A DNA stretch of 64,000 nucleotides from Candidatus Omnitrophota bacterium (GTDB lineage Bacteria; Omnitrophota; Gorgyraeia; Zapsychrales; JANLHA01): the NCBI GenBank assembly GCA_022711395.1, contig JAKLFA010000001.1, positions 387,277 through 451,276 on the forward strand, in the 5' to 3' direction. A program made the translations under genes and the position numbers. The notes beneath the pieces were generated by a model. That model saw only the letters and a program-made list of their open reading frames with translations. It was not told the origin of the DNA and made no database searches. The stretch's first letter is position 1, and each line of letters starts with the position of its first letter. Below, one piece after another: positions 10,099-18,199 of the stretch.

Positions 10099-11280
10099 AT
10101 GATCGTTCGACCTAAGGTTAGGGGTTTTATTTGCACAACAGCCCACTCAGCGGGGTGTGCTCAAAATATCAAGGATCAGATCGAATATGTCCGTCGGCAC
10201 GGGCCCATAAATGGGCCGAAACGGGTCTTGGTCATTGGTGCGTCCACAGGATATGGTCTGGCCTCAAGGATCGTTTCGGCTTTTGGCAGCGGAGCATCCA
10301 CAATAGGGGTTTTTTTCGAAAAGCCTGCGGAAGGCGAACGCACGGCCACGGCAGGGTGGTATAACTCCGCGGCGTTCGAAGTGGAGGCCCGCAAGGCAGG
10401 GTTGTATTCAAAGAGTTTCAATGGTGACGCGTTTTCAGATCAAATTAAGGCCCAAGTGGTTCAAGCAATCCGAAAAGATTTGGGGCAGGTTGACATGGTG
10501 ATTTATAGCTTGGCCGCGCCCCGCAGGGTTCACCCTAAAACAGGCGAACGTTTCAAGGGGGTCGTGAAGCCGCTGGGAAAAGCTTTTAAAAATCGAGCGC
10601 TTGACCTTGAAACTTTTGAAATTATTGATGTTACAACAGAACCGGGAACTGAAGAAGAGCGAAAACAAACAGTCGCGGTGATGGGTGGTGAAGATTGGGA
10701 AATGTGGATCGAAACTTTAAAAAAAGAGGGAGTTTTGGCAGACAAATCCCTAACATTGGCATATTCTTATTTAGGACCAGATATTACATTTCCCATTTAT
10801 CGCCAAGGGACATTGGGAGCGGCCAAAGACCATTTAGAAGCTACTGCGCATAAATTGGATGAAACCCTTCGCCCGAAAGGCGGACGGGCTTTTGTGTCTG
10901 TTCAAAAGGCTTTGGTGACCCAGGCGAGCGCGGCGATCCCTTTGATGGCATTGTATATGGTGATTCTGCTTAAGGTCATGCGGCAAAAGGGTGTGGATGA
11001 GCATTGTATCCAGCAGATCCACAGGTTATATCAGGACCGGCTTTTTTCAGGGCGTGAAATTCCCGTCGATGAAAAGGGGCGCATCAGGCTGGATGACCTT
11101 GAGCTGCGGAATGATGTTCAGGCTGAGGTCAAACAGTCCTGGGAAGCGATCACCACTGAAAATTTTAAGGACTATGCGGATATTTCAGCCTATCAAAATG
11201 ATTTTTTAAGGCTTTTTGGTTTTGAGGTGCCCGGCATTGATTACGAAAAAGACGTTGAGGTGGATGTTCCGATCCCGTAA
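10099..11280 (+). CDS. fabV: trans-2-enoyl-CoA/ACP reductase (NADH), FabV/TER family.
   Basis: ATG at 10099 preceded by GGGGAGA. The N-terminus MIVRPKVRGFICTTAHSAGCAQNIKDQIEYV matches the FabV/TER signature. The ORF-track start at 9979 is probably too long. Confidence 0.8.
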   Translation: MIVRPKVRGFICTTAHSAGCAQNIKDQIEYVRRHGPINGPKRVLVIGASTGYGLASRIVSAFGSGASTIGVFFEKPAEGERTATAGWYNSAAFEVEARKAGLYSKSFNGDAFSDQIKAQVVQAIRKDLGQVDMVIYSLAAPRRVHPKTGERFKGVVKPLGKAFKNRALDLETFEIIDVTTEPGTEEERKQTVAVMGGEDWEMWIETLKKEGVLADKSLTLAYSYLGPDITFPIYRQGTLGAAKDHLEATAHKLDETLRPKGGRAFVSVQKALVTQASAAIPLMALYMVILLKVMRQKGVDEHCIQQIHRLYQDRLFSGREIPVDEKGRIRLDDLELRNDVQAEVKQSWEAITTENFKDYADISAYQNDFLRLFGFEVPGIDYEKDVEVDVPIP

Positions 11281-11475
11281 AACCGCTTTATCTTGGGGTG
11301 TTTTTTTTCCTGTCTGCAGTATCTAGTAGAAAATAGTCTAAAATCTTATTGACACACCGTCTATTACTATCTAAATTAAAATTAATTCAAGGCGAAGATG
11401 CGGCAAAGCCGACGTTTTGCTTTCGTTAAGCTTTCAGCAGGCCAAATTAAAACATCTGTGTAAGGAGAAAACGCT

Positions 11476-11733
11476 ATGGGGCAGTTGCCTAAGGGTGTTG
11501 ATGTTGAGGCAGATATCCGCGCGCTGGTCGCCGAGATCCTGGAGGAAGAGCCTGAAAATATTCAGGCTAGCGCCAACTTTATCAAGGACCTGGGAATGGA
11601 TTCGATGATGGCGCTTGAGATCCTCGCCGGGATCGAAAAAAAATATCGCATCGCGATTCCGGAAGAGATGTTGCCGAAGTTCACGGACTTAAACACGACA
11701 GTCAGCTTGGTCAAAGATTTACTATCAAAATAA
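11476..11733 (+). CDS. Acyl carrier protein-like (phosphopantetheine attachment).
   Basis: 85 aa with DLGMDSMMALEI, an ACP-type DSL/DSM serine motif. The N-terminal extension is unusual for a canonical AcpP. Confidence 0.6.
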   Translation: MGQLPKGVDVEADIRALVAEILEEEPENIQASANFIKDLGMDSMMALEILAGIEKKYRIAIPEEMLPKFTDLNTTVSLVKDLLSK

Positions 11734-11758
11734 TCCTAACTGAAAAAGGGAGAAGACC

Positions 11759-14700
11759 GTGTATTTAAAACGGCTTGAGATTTTTGGGTTCAAATCCTTT
11801 GCGGATAAGACGGTGTTCAATTTTGGTTCCGGGATCACAGCGGTGATCGGTCCCAATGGCTGCGGAAAAAGCAATGTGTTCGACGCCATGCGCTGGGTGC
11901 TGGGTGAACAGAGCGTCAAGGAGCTTCGCGGGTCCTCGATGGAGGATGTGATCTTCAATGGGACCGACCAAAAGCCCGCGCTGGGTTTTGCTGAAGTGAG
12001 TTTGACCTTCTCCAATGAGTCACGGGTCCTTCCGTATGAATATAACGAGGTCACGGTGACCCGCCGTTTGTTCCGTTCCGGCGAGAGCGAATATCTGATC
12101 AATAAAACTCCCGTTCGGCTCAAGGATATCACCGAGATGTTCATGGGAACCGGCGTCGGGGCGGAGGCTTATTCCATGGTCCAGCAGGGAAAGGTGGACC
12201 TCATCGTCAGCGCCAGGCCGGAAGACCGCCGGGTTCTTCTGGATGAAGCCTCCGGCATCACGAAATACAAGACCCGTAAGCGCGAGGCCTTGAACCGCCT
12301 GCGCGACACGGAGAACAATCTTTTGCGCATCAACGATATCGTGACTGAAGTCAAGCGCCAGATCGCGTCATCCGAGCGTCAGGCTAAAAAAGCCCGTCGA
12401 TACAAAGAAGAGTTTGAAAAACTGAAAGTATTGGAGGTCAGGTTCGCTCAGCATGAGCTGTCCCAGCATCAGGGTGAGCGTTCCCGTCGTCAGGAGCATC
12501 TTGATCAGTTGAAGGAAAAAGAAGCTCAACTTCATGCGGAGCTGGAAGAGTTCAAAAATCTTATTGAGCACGAATCGGTGATCCTGGATGAATTGGAAGA
12601 AAAGATCAACGCCGTTTACGCCGACCAGATCAAGATCGACGGTCAGATCGATCTGAACAACAAACAGATCGGTTTTAATGAGGAGCGGCTGCAGGGGCTT
12701 TCTTCGACAGAGCGCCGCATCCAGGAAACCAAGCAGCAGCTTGAAGAACGATGCCGGCAGCAGCGCGAGAAGATCGACCATATCAATCAATTCCTGTCCG
12801 GTTTGGACCAGAGCCTTCAGGGAAACCTTCAGGCCCTGGAGGTCAAGCGCCAGGCCCTGGCGGCGATCAACCGTTCTGTGGAAGATGCCCAGCATGAGAT
12901 CCGTCAGAAAGAGGAGCAGATCCTTTTTATCACATCCGAGCAGGTCAAGGTCAAGAACAAGCTCACCGACAGCATGAAACAGGTGCAGGGCTGTCTGGCC
13001 CGCCAGCGCCGGCTGGAAGTCGAGCACAGCAAGGTCTCTTCCGAGAAGAACGAGATCGATCAGAAATTTTCCGGGATCTGTCAGAAGATCGAACAGGTGA
13101 TGGGCGCGATCGGCGGATTGGGAACGCAATTGCGCGAACGCCGCGCCGCGTTTGATGAGGTCTCATCCCAGATGACGTTTATAGACGGGATGATCGATGA
13201 TCTCGACAGAAAGAAACTGTTTTTGATCTCCCAAAAAGAATTTATCGAGAAGTTAAGCGCCCAATACCAGGACATTCCTGATCCCGTGGCGGAAGGGCGT
13301 TTGGTGACGGATCGCGTTCCATTGCAGCATCAGAGTGGGATCATCGGCAAGGTTAAGGAAGTTCGGCCTTTGGACGCCGGAAACATGGGATGGCTCTCCC
13401 AGCAGTTCGGCCAGGACGGCCGCCAACTGTATGAGATCATCTGCGAGACCAAGTTCATTGAACTGGATCCGGCGCAGGTTTCCGCCCGCATTGATGAACT
13501 GGCCCGACAGATCGCCGAAAGGTCTTCAGAGCGGGAAGGATTGAATTCCCGAAGCGGACAGATGAGAGCGGAGATCTCCGCTTTGGAATCCCAATTGCAG
13601 GAAAGGGAAAAAGAAAGCTCGGTCTATCAGGCCCAGAGGTCTGATATCGCTCAGGAAGTTGAGAAATTGAACCAGGAGCTTGAATTGCTTCGTATGGAGC
13701 TCGATGAGGTGGCAACGAGCCTGGAAGCTCATCACAGCGCCGAGAATGTTTTGACCAATCAGCTGCAGACGCTGAATCAGGATTTGGATCACGCTCAGCA
13801 TGTGATCCGCGAGCGGCAGGAATCGATTCGCGTTAAGGGGCAGGAGCGTGAAGCGACGACGGTCTCGATCGCCCAGTTGGAAGCGGAGATCAATTCCGTG
13901 GAGGATAAACGTTCCAGCTATCTCGAAAATCTCCGGACGTTCAGTGAAGCGTTTGAAAGCGCCCAAAGCGAGCTTTTGCGTCTGGACCATGAGAATGAGG
14001 ACCTTTTTAAAAGGCGTGAACAATACCGGCAGGAGATTGATCAGATCGTTCAAGCTATCGAACAGCTGAAAGTCCAGAGGCAGGAATATCAGACCGAACT
14101 TCATGAGCAGCAAATTCAAAAAGAAGAGGTGGCCAGACGGATCCAAAGCGTCAAAGGCAATATTTTGGGTTATGAAAAGGACCTGGATGCGGTCCGCGCC
14201 GCCATGCATGATGAACAGATGAAAGAACAGCAGATCGGTTTCCGTCAAAAAGAGGTCCGTGACCGTTTGTTCCAGACATACCGGATCGACCTGGATCATT
14301 TAGAAACCGCTGAAGGCCTGGACCTGAACATGGCCGTAGAGGGAATATCAGCCGAAGGGCCGTTCAATCCTGAGGAACTTAACGCGGTCGTTGAACGGTT
14401 ACGGCGCAGATGCGAATCGTTCGGATCCGTCAATCTCGTCGCGATCGAGGAGTTCGATGAACTGAAAGATCGTTTTGAATTTTTGACCCGGCAGCAGGCT
14501 GATCTGATCACCGCAAAGGAATCGCTCCACAAAACGATCCAGAAGATCAACCGTGAGACCCGCCAGATGTTCATGAACACGTTCACCAAGGTCAGCGAAG
14601 AGTTCCGGATCTATTTCCGCATGCTTTTCGGCGGAGGTGAGGCTCAGCTTCTTCTTCTGGACCCTGAAAATGTCCTGGAATCCGGGATCGATATTATCGC

Positions 14701-15061
14701 CCGGCCTCCCGGGAAGAAGCGCCAGAACATCAGCCTTCTCTCCGGAGGGGAAAAGACGCTCACTGCCATTGCCCTGATCTTCGGGGTCTTTAAGGTCAAC
14801 CCCAGTCCGTTCTGCGTTCTGGATGAGATCGACGCGGCGCTGGATGAGTCCAATGTCGGACGATACAGCTATCTTTTGAAGGATTTTGCCAAGATCGCGC
14901 AATTCATTATTATCACCCATAATAAAAAGACCATTGCCAGCGCGGACGTGATGTATGGGATTACGATGCAGCAGACCGGGGTTTCGAAGCTCGTGTCCGT
15001 CAAATTCAGTGATCAGAAGCAAGAACAATCTGAAGAGGCAGAGGTTCCAGCGGCTGTTTAA
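11759..15061 (+). CDS. smc: Chromosome segregation protein SMC.
   Basis: GTG start with an AAAAAGGGAGAAG Shine-Dalgarno (SD) sequence. Walker A GPNGCGKSN at the N-terminus, long coiled coils, a hinge, and C-terminal signature LSGGEKTLTAIALIF with Walker B CVLDEIDAALD. Confidence 0.95.
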   Translation: MYLKRLEIFGFKSFADKTVFNFGSGITAVIGPNGCGKSNVFDAMRWVLGEQSVKELRGSSMEDVIFNGTDQKPALGFAEVSLTFSNESRVLPYEYNEVTVTRRLFRSGESEYLINKTPVRLKDITEMFMGTGVGAEAYSMVQQGKVDLIVSARPEDRRVLLDEASGITKYKTRKREALNRLRDTENNLLRINDIVTEVKRQIASSERQAKKARRYKEEFEKLKVLEVRFAQHELSQHQGERSRRQEHLDQLKEKEAQLHAELEEFKNLIEHESVILDELEEKINAVYADQIKIDGQIDLNNKQIGFNEERLQGLSSTERRIQETKQQLEERCRQQREKIDHINQFLSGLDQSLQGNLQALEVKRQALAAINRSVEDAQHEIRQKEEQILFITSEQVKVKNKLTDSMKQVQGCLARQRRLEVEHSKVSSEKNEIDQKFSGICQKIEQVMGAIGGLGTQLRERRAAFDEVSSQMTFIDGMIDDLDRKKLFLISQKEFIEKLSAQYQDIPDPVAEGRLVTDRVPLQHQSGIIGKVKEVRPLDAGNMGWLSQQFGQDGRQLYEIICETKFIELDPAQVSARIDELARQIAERSSEREGLNSRSGQMRAEISALESQLQEREKESSVYQAQRSDIAQEVEKLNQELELLRMELDEVATSLEAHHSAENVLTNQLQTLNQDLDHAQHVIRERQESIRVKGQEREATTVSIAQLEAEINSVEDKRSSYLENLRTFSEAFESAQSELLRLDHENEDLFKRREQYRQEIDQIVQAIEQLKVQRQEYQTELHEQQIQKEEVARRIQSVKGNILGYEKDLDAVRAAMHDEQMKEQQIGFRQKEVRDRLFQTYRIDLDHLETAEGLDLNMAVEGISAEGPFNPEELNAVVERLRRRCESFGSVNLVAIEEFDELKDRFEFLTRQQADLITAKESLHKTIQKINRETRQMFMNTFTKVSEEFRIYFRMLFGGGEAQLLLLDPENVLESGIDIIARPPGKKRQNISLLSGGEKTLTAIALIFGVFKVNPSPFCVLDEIDAALDESNVGRYSYLLKDFAKIAQFIIITHNKKTIASADVMYGITMQQTGVSKLVSVKFSDQKQEQSEEAEVPAAV

Positions 15062-15135
15062 GGTTTGCATTTATTATATAGATACGTTATACTTTTATTA
15101 CCATTTCAAGCTAAATTGCTTCATCAAGGGGCGCC

Positions 15136-17712
15136 ATGAATCGCAAAGCACAGCAAATCGTTGAATATCTCCTGTTGATCGCCAGTGTTATGGTGGTTTT
15201 TTTGGCTGTTTCCGGTCCCAATGGAATGATCCGCTGGAGGGTGGAAGATTCGATCAACCGGACCATTAACCTCATCAAAAAAGGGGATCCCCTTCCTTCA
15301 ACGGCCTATTATTGGGTTAAAGTTAACTGCGATTGTACTGGTCAGAGGGATTGTGTGTATCCTGGGGCGGCTGAGGTCTTTGTGAGCTGCACGTATCGGT
15401 GCATTCAGAATGGAACGGGCGCCAAAGTTGATGATTTTTTCTGTATCGATCTTTTGGGCTATAAACCGAACGCTCTTGGAAGTTGCGGGAATGGGCCATG
15501 CTGCGGTAACGCTAGAGTGGACGCGGCTTATGGTGAGCAATGCGACTCGAGCGCGGGATTTACACAGACGTGTAGCACCAGGCATACTCTCACAGACCCG
15601 GCTCGGAACACATGGTCGGGCAGCGTTCAATGCAACCAGTGCCGGATCATTGACACTTGCGTGGAAGTGGAAAACCCCGCGATCGCTCCTGTCTGCGGTG
15701 ATAACCGTCTGCAGTCGGCTGAGCGGTGCGATATGGTTAACGGCCGGCCGGTCTTTAATCCGGCATACGTGACCAATACGTCATGCATCGGCCGGAATAC
15801 GCCTGTCGCGCCGATCGTCGCTTTTACAGGAGGGTCTTTGGGTTGCAGCAACACCTGCCAAGTTGACGTTAGTAAATGTTACAGGTGCCCCACTTCATGG
15901 ACAGATGTTGGCTGCGGTACCAATGACACAGCATCGCTTCCTAATCCTACAGAGGAGGCACATTGTTTTAAAAACGGGACAAAATATCAGGAGCACACCT
16001 GCCGGTGGGGGACGAATCCCAGTAAGACATTCACGGAAGGGCGCTGTACGGCCGGCCCGGATTGCGGGAACCAGTGTAAGAACCGGGATCCATATTCCAC
16101 GATCTGCCCGCTGACGGTCCCATCAAGTTATACGATCGGTGATCATTGGAACTATGTGGATGCGCCGGCGAATTGCGGCATGAACACTATCTGCCAGGCA
16201 TCCTGTGACGGTGAATTGGTGGCGGTTGATGGCGGAACAGATTGTGATTGTGCGGTCGCGAATACGGTGTATAATGCCGGCACCAAAAAATGTGATTGTC
16301 CTTCCGGTTTTATTCATACCACAGACCGGGACGCGGCGTGTGATGTTTATGGCCCATGGAAAAAACCTGAAGTGGATATTTATACGGCATGGTCATCAGC
16401 GCTTTCTACTGCCAGCTGTTCCAGTTCAGCCATCCCAACGGATACATGTGATTCAAATCAGGTGGATGCATACAATTGTCCGGCTGATACAGCAAAGACC
16501 TGCGCGGATTCAACCTGCGTCTCTCTATATCATTCAAGCGTTTCCTATTACACCAGGACTGTGACCTGCGTGAACCCGCCGCCTACAACCACATATTCAA
16601 AGCGGACGTTAGCTTGCACACGGCCACGGGCTAGTTATATGGTAAATTATTTTAGTTGCGTGGATCCAGCGCCAGAGGCAACATACGCATATGATAATGT
16701 GACTTGCGCGGCTGGTGTTAAAAGCTCTACGGGTGCGGGTTCAAATGTTGTTTCGGGAACATGTGCCGCGAACGTGACAGATACATGTGACGGAGTGAAA
16801 ACAGCGGCGTATACATGCGGCGCTACCGAAACAAAAACATGCGTGGATGTTACAAGCTGTAGTGATGGTTTTGGCCCGGACAATGATACGATCACATCCA
16901 CGGAGGGGCCTTTTGATGTGGTAGGCGGCACGTATACATGTGCGAGTGCGCTGACAGATACCTGCAATGGAAATAAAATGGCGGCTTATGCGTGCGTTTC
17001 TGGTTTTAGAGGGACTTGCACGGATGTTGTCTGCACTGACACAGCTTCCGGGGCGGATACGATCACGGTGAATCCGTCCAATCCTATTACGGTTACGGGA
17101 ACATGCGCTGATAACGCTGAGGCGGATACCACGCCTTCCCCGAACAAATCAGCACAGTATACGTGTCAATTATTAGATGAGGGAACGTATACGGATATTT
17201 ATTCTTGTACGACTACTCCCGCTCCTGAAGGGGAGGGAGATACTTATGTTAACGCTACAGCGCCTGTTGTCTTGACTGGAACCTGTGGGACATGTGTTAA
17301 CGAAGGCTGTTTAAGGAGGCATCCGGAAACTGATGTTTGTCTTGAATACGGTAAATGCGTTGATGAGCCAGTAGGCTGCACACAGGGAACGTGCGGTGAA
17401 ACTCCTTTAACGGATACGTGCAATTCCGATAAGGCCGGCGCCTATACATGCGGTTCGGCAGAGGTAAGGACCTGCACGGATGTGGTTTGTGCGGCGGCGG
17501 CGAATGTGAATTACGCGAAGTATTCCACGCGAAGCATCACATGCAAGGCGCTCGGGGCTGATACATGCAACAATGTTCGTTCAGCTGAATATGATTGCCC
17601 CAATACGGTCCGAAAAACGTGCGTGGATGTTTTAAGCAATCCTCCGACCTTTGAAGGGTATCGCGATGTGACCTGCAGGACCTATAACGGAACATCCTGC
17701 GTTGCGCCATAA
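15136..17712 (+). CDS. Large secreted/surface Cys- and Thr-rich repeat protein with an Flp/Tad-pilin-like N-terminal processing motif.
   Basis: N-terminus MNRKAQQIVEYLLLIASVMVVFLAV matches the Flp 'G/XXXXEY + hydrophobic' class III signal, with Ala at -1. About 100 Cys. At least five ~28-aa modules T-D-T-C-[DN]-x-x-[KQR]-x-[AD]-[AE]-Y-x-C-x5-6-T-C-x-D-[VS]. No recognisable catalytic domain. Confidence 0.6.
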   Translation: MNRKAQQIVEYLLLIASVMVVFLAVSGPNGMIRWRVEDSINRTINLIKKGDPLPSTAYYWVKVNCDCTGQRDCVYPGAAEVFVSCTYRCIQNGTGAKVDDFFCIDLLGYKPNALGSCGNGPCCGNARVDAAYGEQCDSSAGFTQTCSTRHTLTDPARNTWSGSVQCNQCRIIDTCVEVENPAIAPVCGDNRLQSAERCDMVNGRPVFNPAYVTNTSCIGRNTPVAPIVAFTGGSLGCSNTCQVDVSKCYRCPTSWTDVGCGTNDTASLPNPTEEAHCFKNGTKYQEHTCRWGTNPSKTFTEGRCTAGPDCGNQCKNRDPYSTICPLTVPSSYTIGDHWNYVDAPANCGMNTICQASCDGELVAVDGGTDCDCAVANTVYNAGTKKCDCPSGFIHTTDRDAACDVYGPWKKPEVDIYTAWSSALSTASCSSSAIPTDTCDSNQVDAYNCPADTAKTCADSTCVSLYHSSVSYYTRTVTCVNPPPTTTYSKRTLACTRPRASYMVNYFSCVDPAPEATYAYDNVTCAAGVKSSTGAGSNVVSGTCAANVTDTCDGVKTAAYTCGATETKTCVDVTSCSDGFGPDNDTITSTEGPFDVVGGTYTCASALTDTCNGNKMAAYACVSGFRGTCTDVVCTDTASGADTITVNPSNPITVTGTCADNAEADTTPSPNKSAQYTCQLLDEGTYTDIYSCTTTPAPEGEGDTYVNATAPVVLTGTCGTCVNEGCLRRHPETDVCLEYGKCVDEPVGCTQGTCGETPLTDTCNSDKAGAYTCGSAEVRTCTDVVCAAAANVNYAKYSTRSITCKALGADTCNNVRSAEYDCPNTVRKTCVDVLSNPPTFEGYRDVTCRTYNGTSCVAP

Positions 17713-17765
17713 TATATCAGGCGCAAGCGTTTTAAAAAATTTTTAAGACGGTAGAAGGAGACCCA

Positions 17766-18029
17766 ATGGATAAAAAGAGATCAAAGACATTTCCGAAGAT
17801 CCAAAAAGATCTTAAATGCTTCCTGGAAAGTGAAGAAGGAAAGATCGTTGAAAAGGACGCCGTGAAGCTCGGCACTGCGATTGTGGCGGCGGGCGTCTTT
17901 TTGGGCAGCTTAGTGGCTCCTGTGGATGATGCCCATAGCGTGACCACGGGCCATTGTCAGCATGCCTCGCACGGAAGCCACGGAAGCCACGGAAGCCACG
18001 GAAGTCATTCGACCGGGGGCTGGTGTTAG
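17766..18029 (+). CDS. HxsA-like precursor peptide with C-terminal His-Xaa-Ser repeats.
   Basis: 87 aa. Charged N-terminal leader, hydrophobic segment LGTAIVAAGVFLGSLVAPV, then CQHASHGSHGSHGSHGSHSTGGWC. Preceded by a GAAGGAGA Shine-Dalgarno (SD) sequence and followed by four radical SAM genes in the same island. Confidence 0.7.
   Translation: MDKKRSKTFPKIQKDLKCFLESEEGKIVEKDAVKLGTAIVAAGVFLGSLVAPVDDAHSVTTGHCQHASHGSHGSHGSHGSHSTGGWC
17966..18005 (+). repeat. Perfect 9-bp tandem repeat (CACGGAAGC)x4 encoding the His-Gly-Ser repeats.
   Basis: Direct reading: cacggaagc cacggaagc cacggaagc cacggaagc cacggaagtcat. Confidence 0.9.
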
Positions 18030-18148
18030 GTTCTGGCGTATGTCCGCCGGGCCTTCAAATGTTTTATCTTCCAGAGCGACATCTTAGTCTAAGAAAAGAA
18101 TCCATGATCAACCCAATCAAGTCTGTAATGAAATATTCTAAAGATCGG

Positions 18149-18188
18149 AATATGACCGTGGTGCAGTCTACGGTCATATTTTAATTTT
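18149..18188 (+). terminator. Intrinsic terminator/attenuator hairpin between the precursor peptide and the downstream rSAM genes.
   Basis: 10-bp perfect stem ATATGACCGT/ACGGTCATAT with a 10-nt loop, followed by TTTTAATTTT. It sits 12 nt upstream of the rSAM start codon. Confidence 0.6.
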
Positions 18189-18199
18189 AAGGAGCGATC

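Noticed and set aside
12368-15070. Long minus-strand ORFs (253, 257 and 223 aa) inside smc
   Set aside because: They are antisense to a high-confidence SMC coding frame. The low-complexity Leu/Asp-rich translations are typical of the reverse frame of coiled-coil genes.
17954-18184. 76-aa ORF beginning MSACLARKPRKPRKPRK…
   Set aside because: It is the alternate-frame reading of the (CACGGAAGC)n repeat of the HxS peptide gene and then runs through the terminator hairpin. No RBS. It is a frame artefact.
18103-18184. 27-aa ORF MINPIKSVMKYSKDRNMTVVQSTVIF between the precursor and the rSAM
   Set aside because: It overlaps the terminator stem-loop and is very short. A weak AAGAAAAG precedes it. 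It cannot be excluded as a second peptide, but there is no supporting signal.
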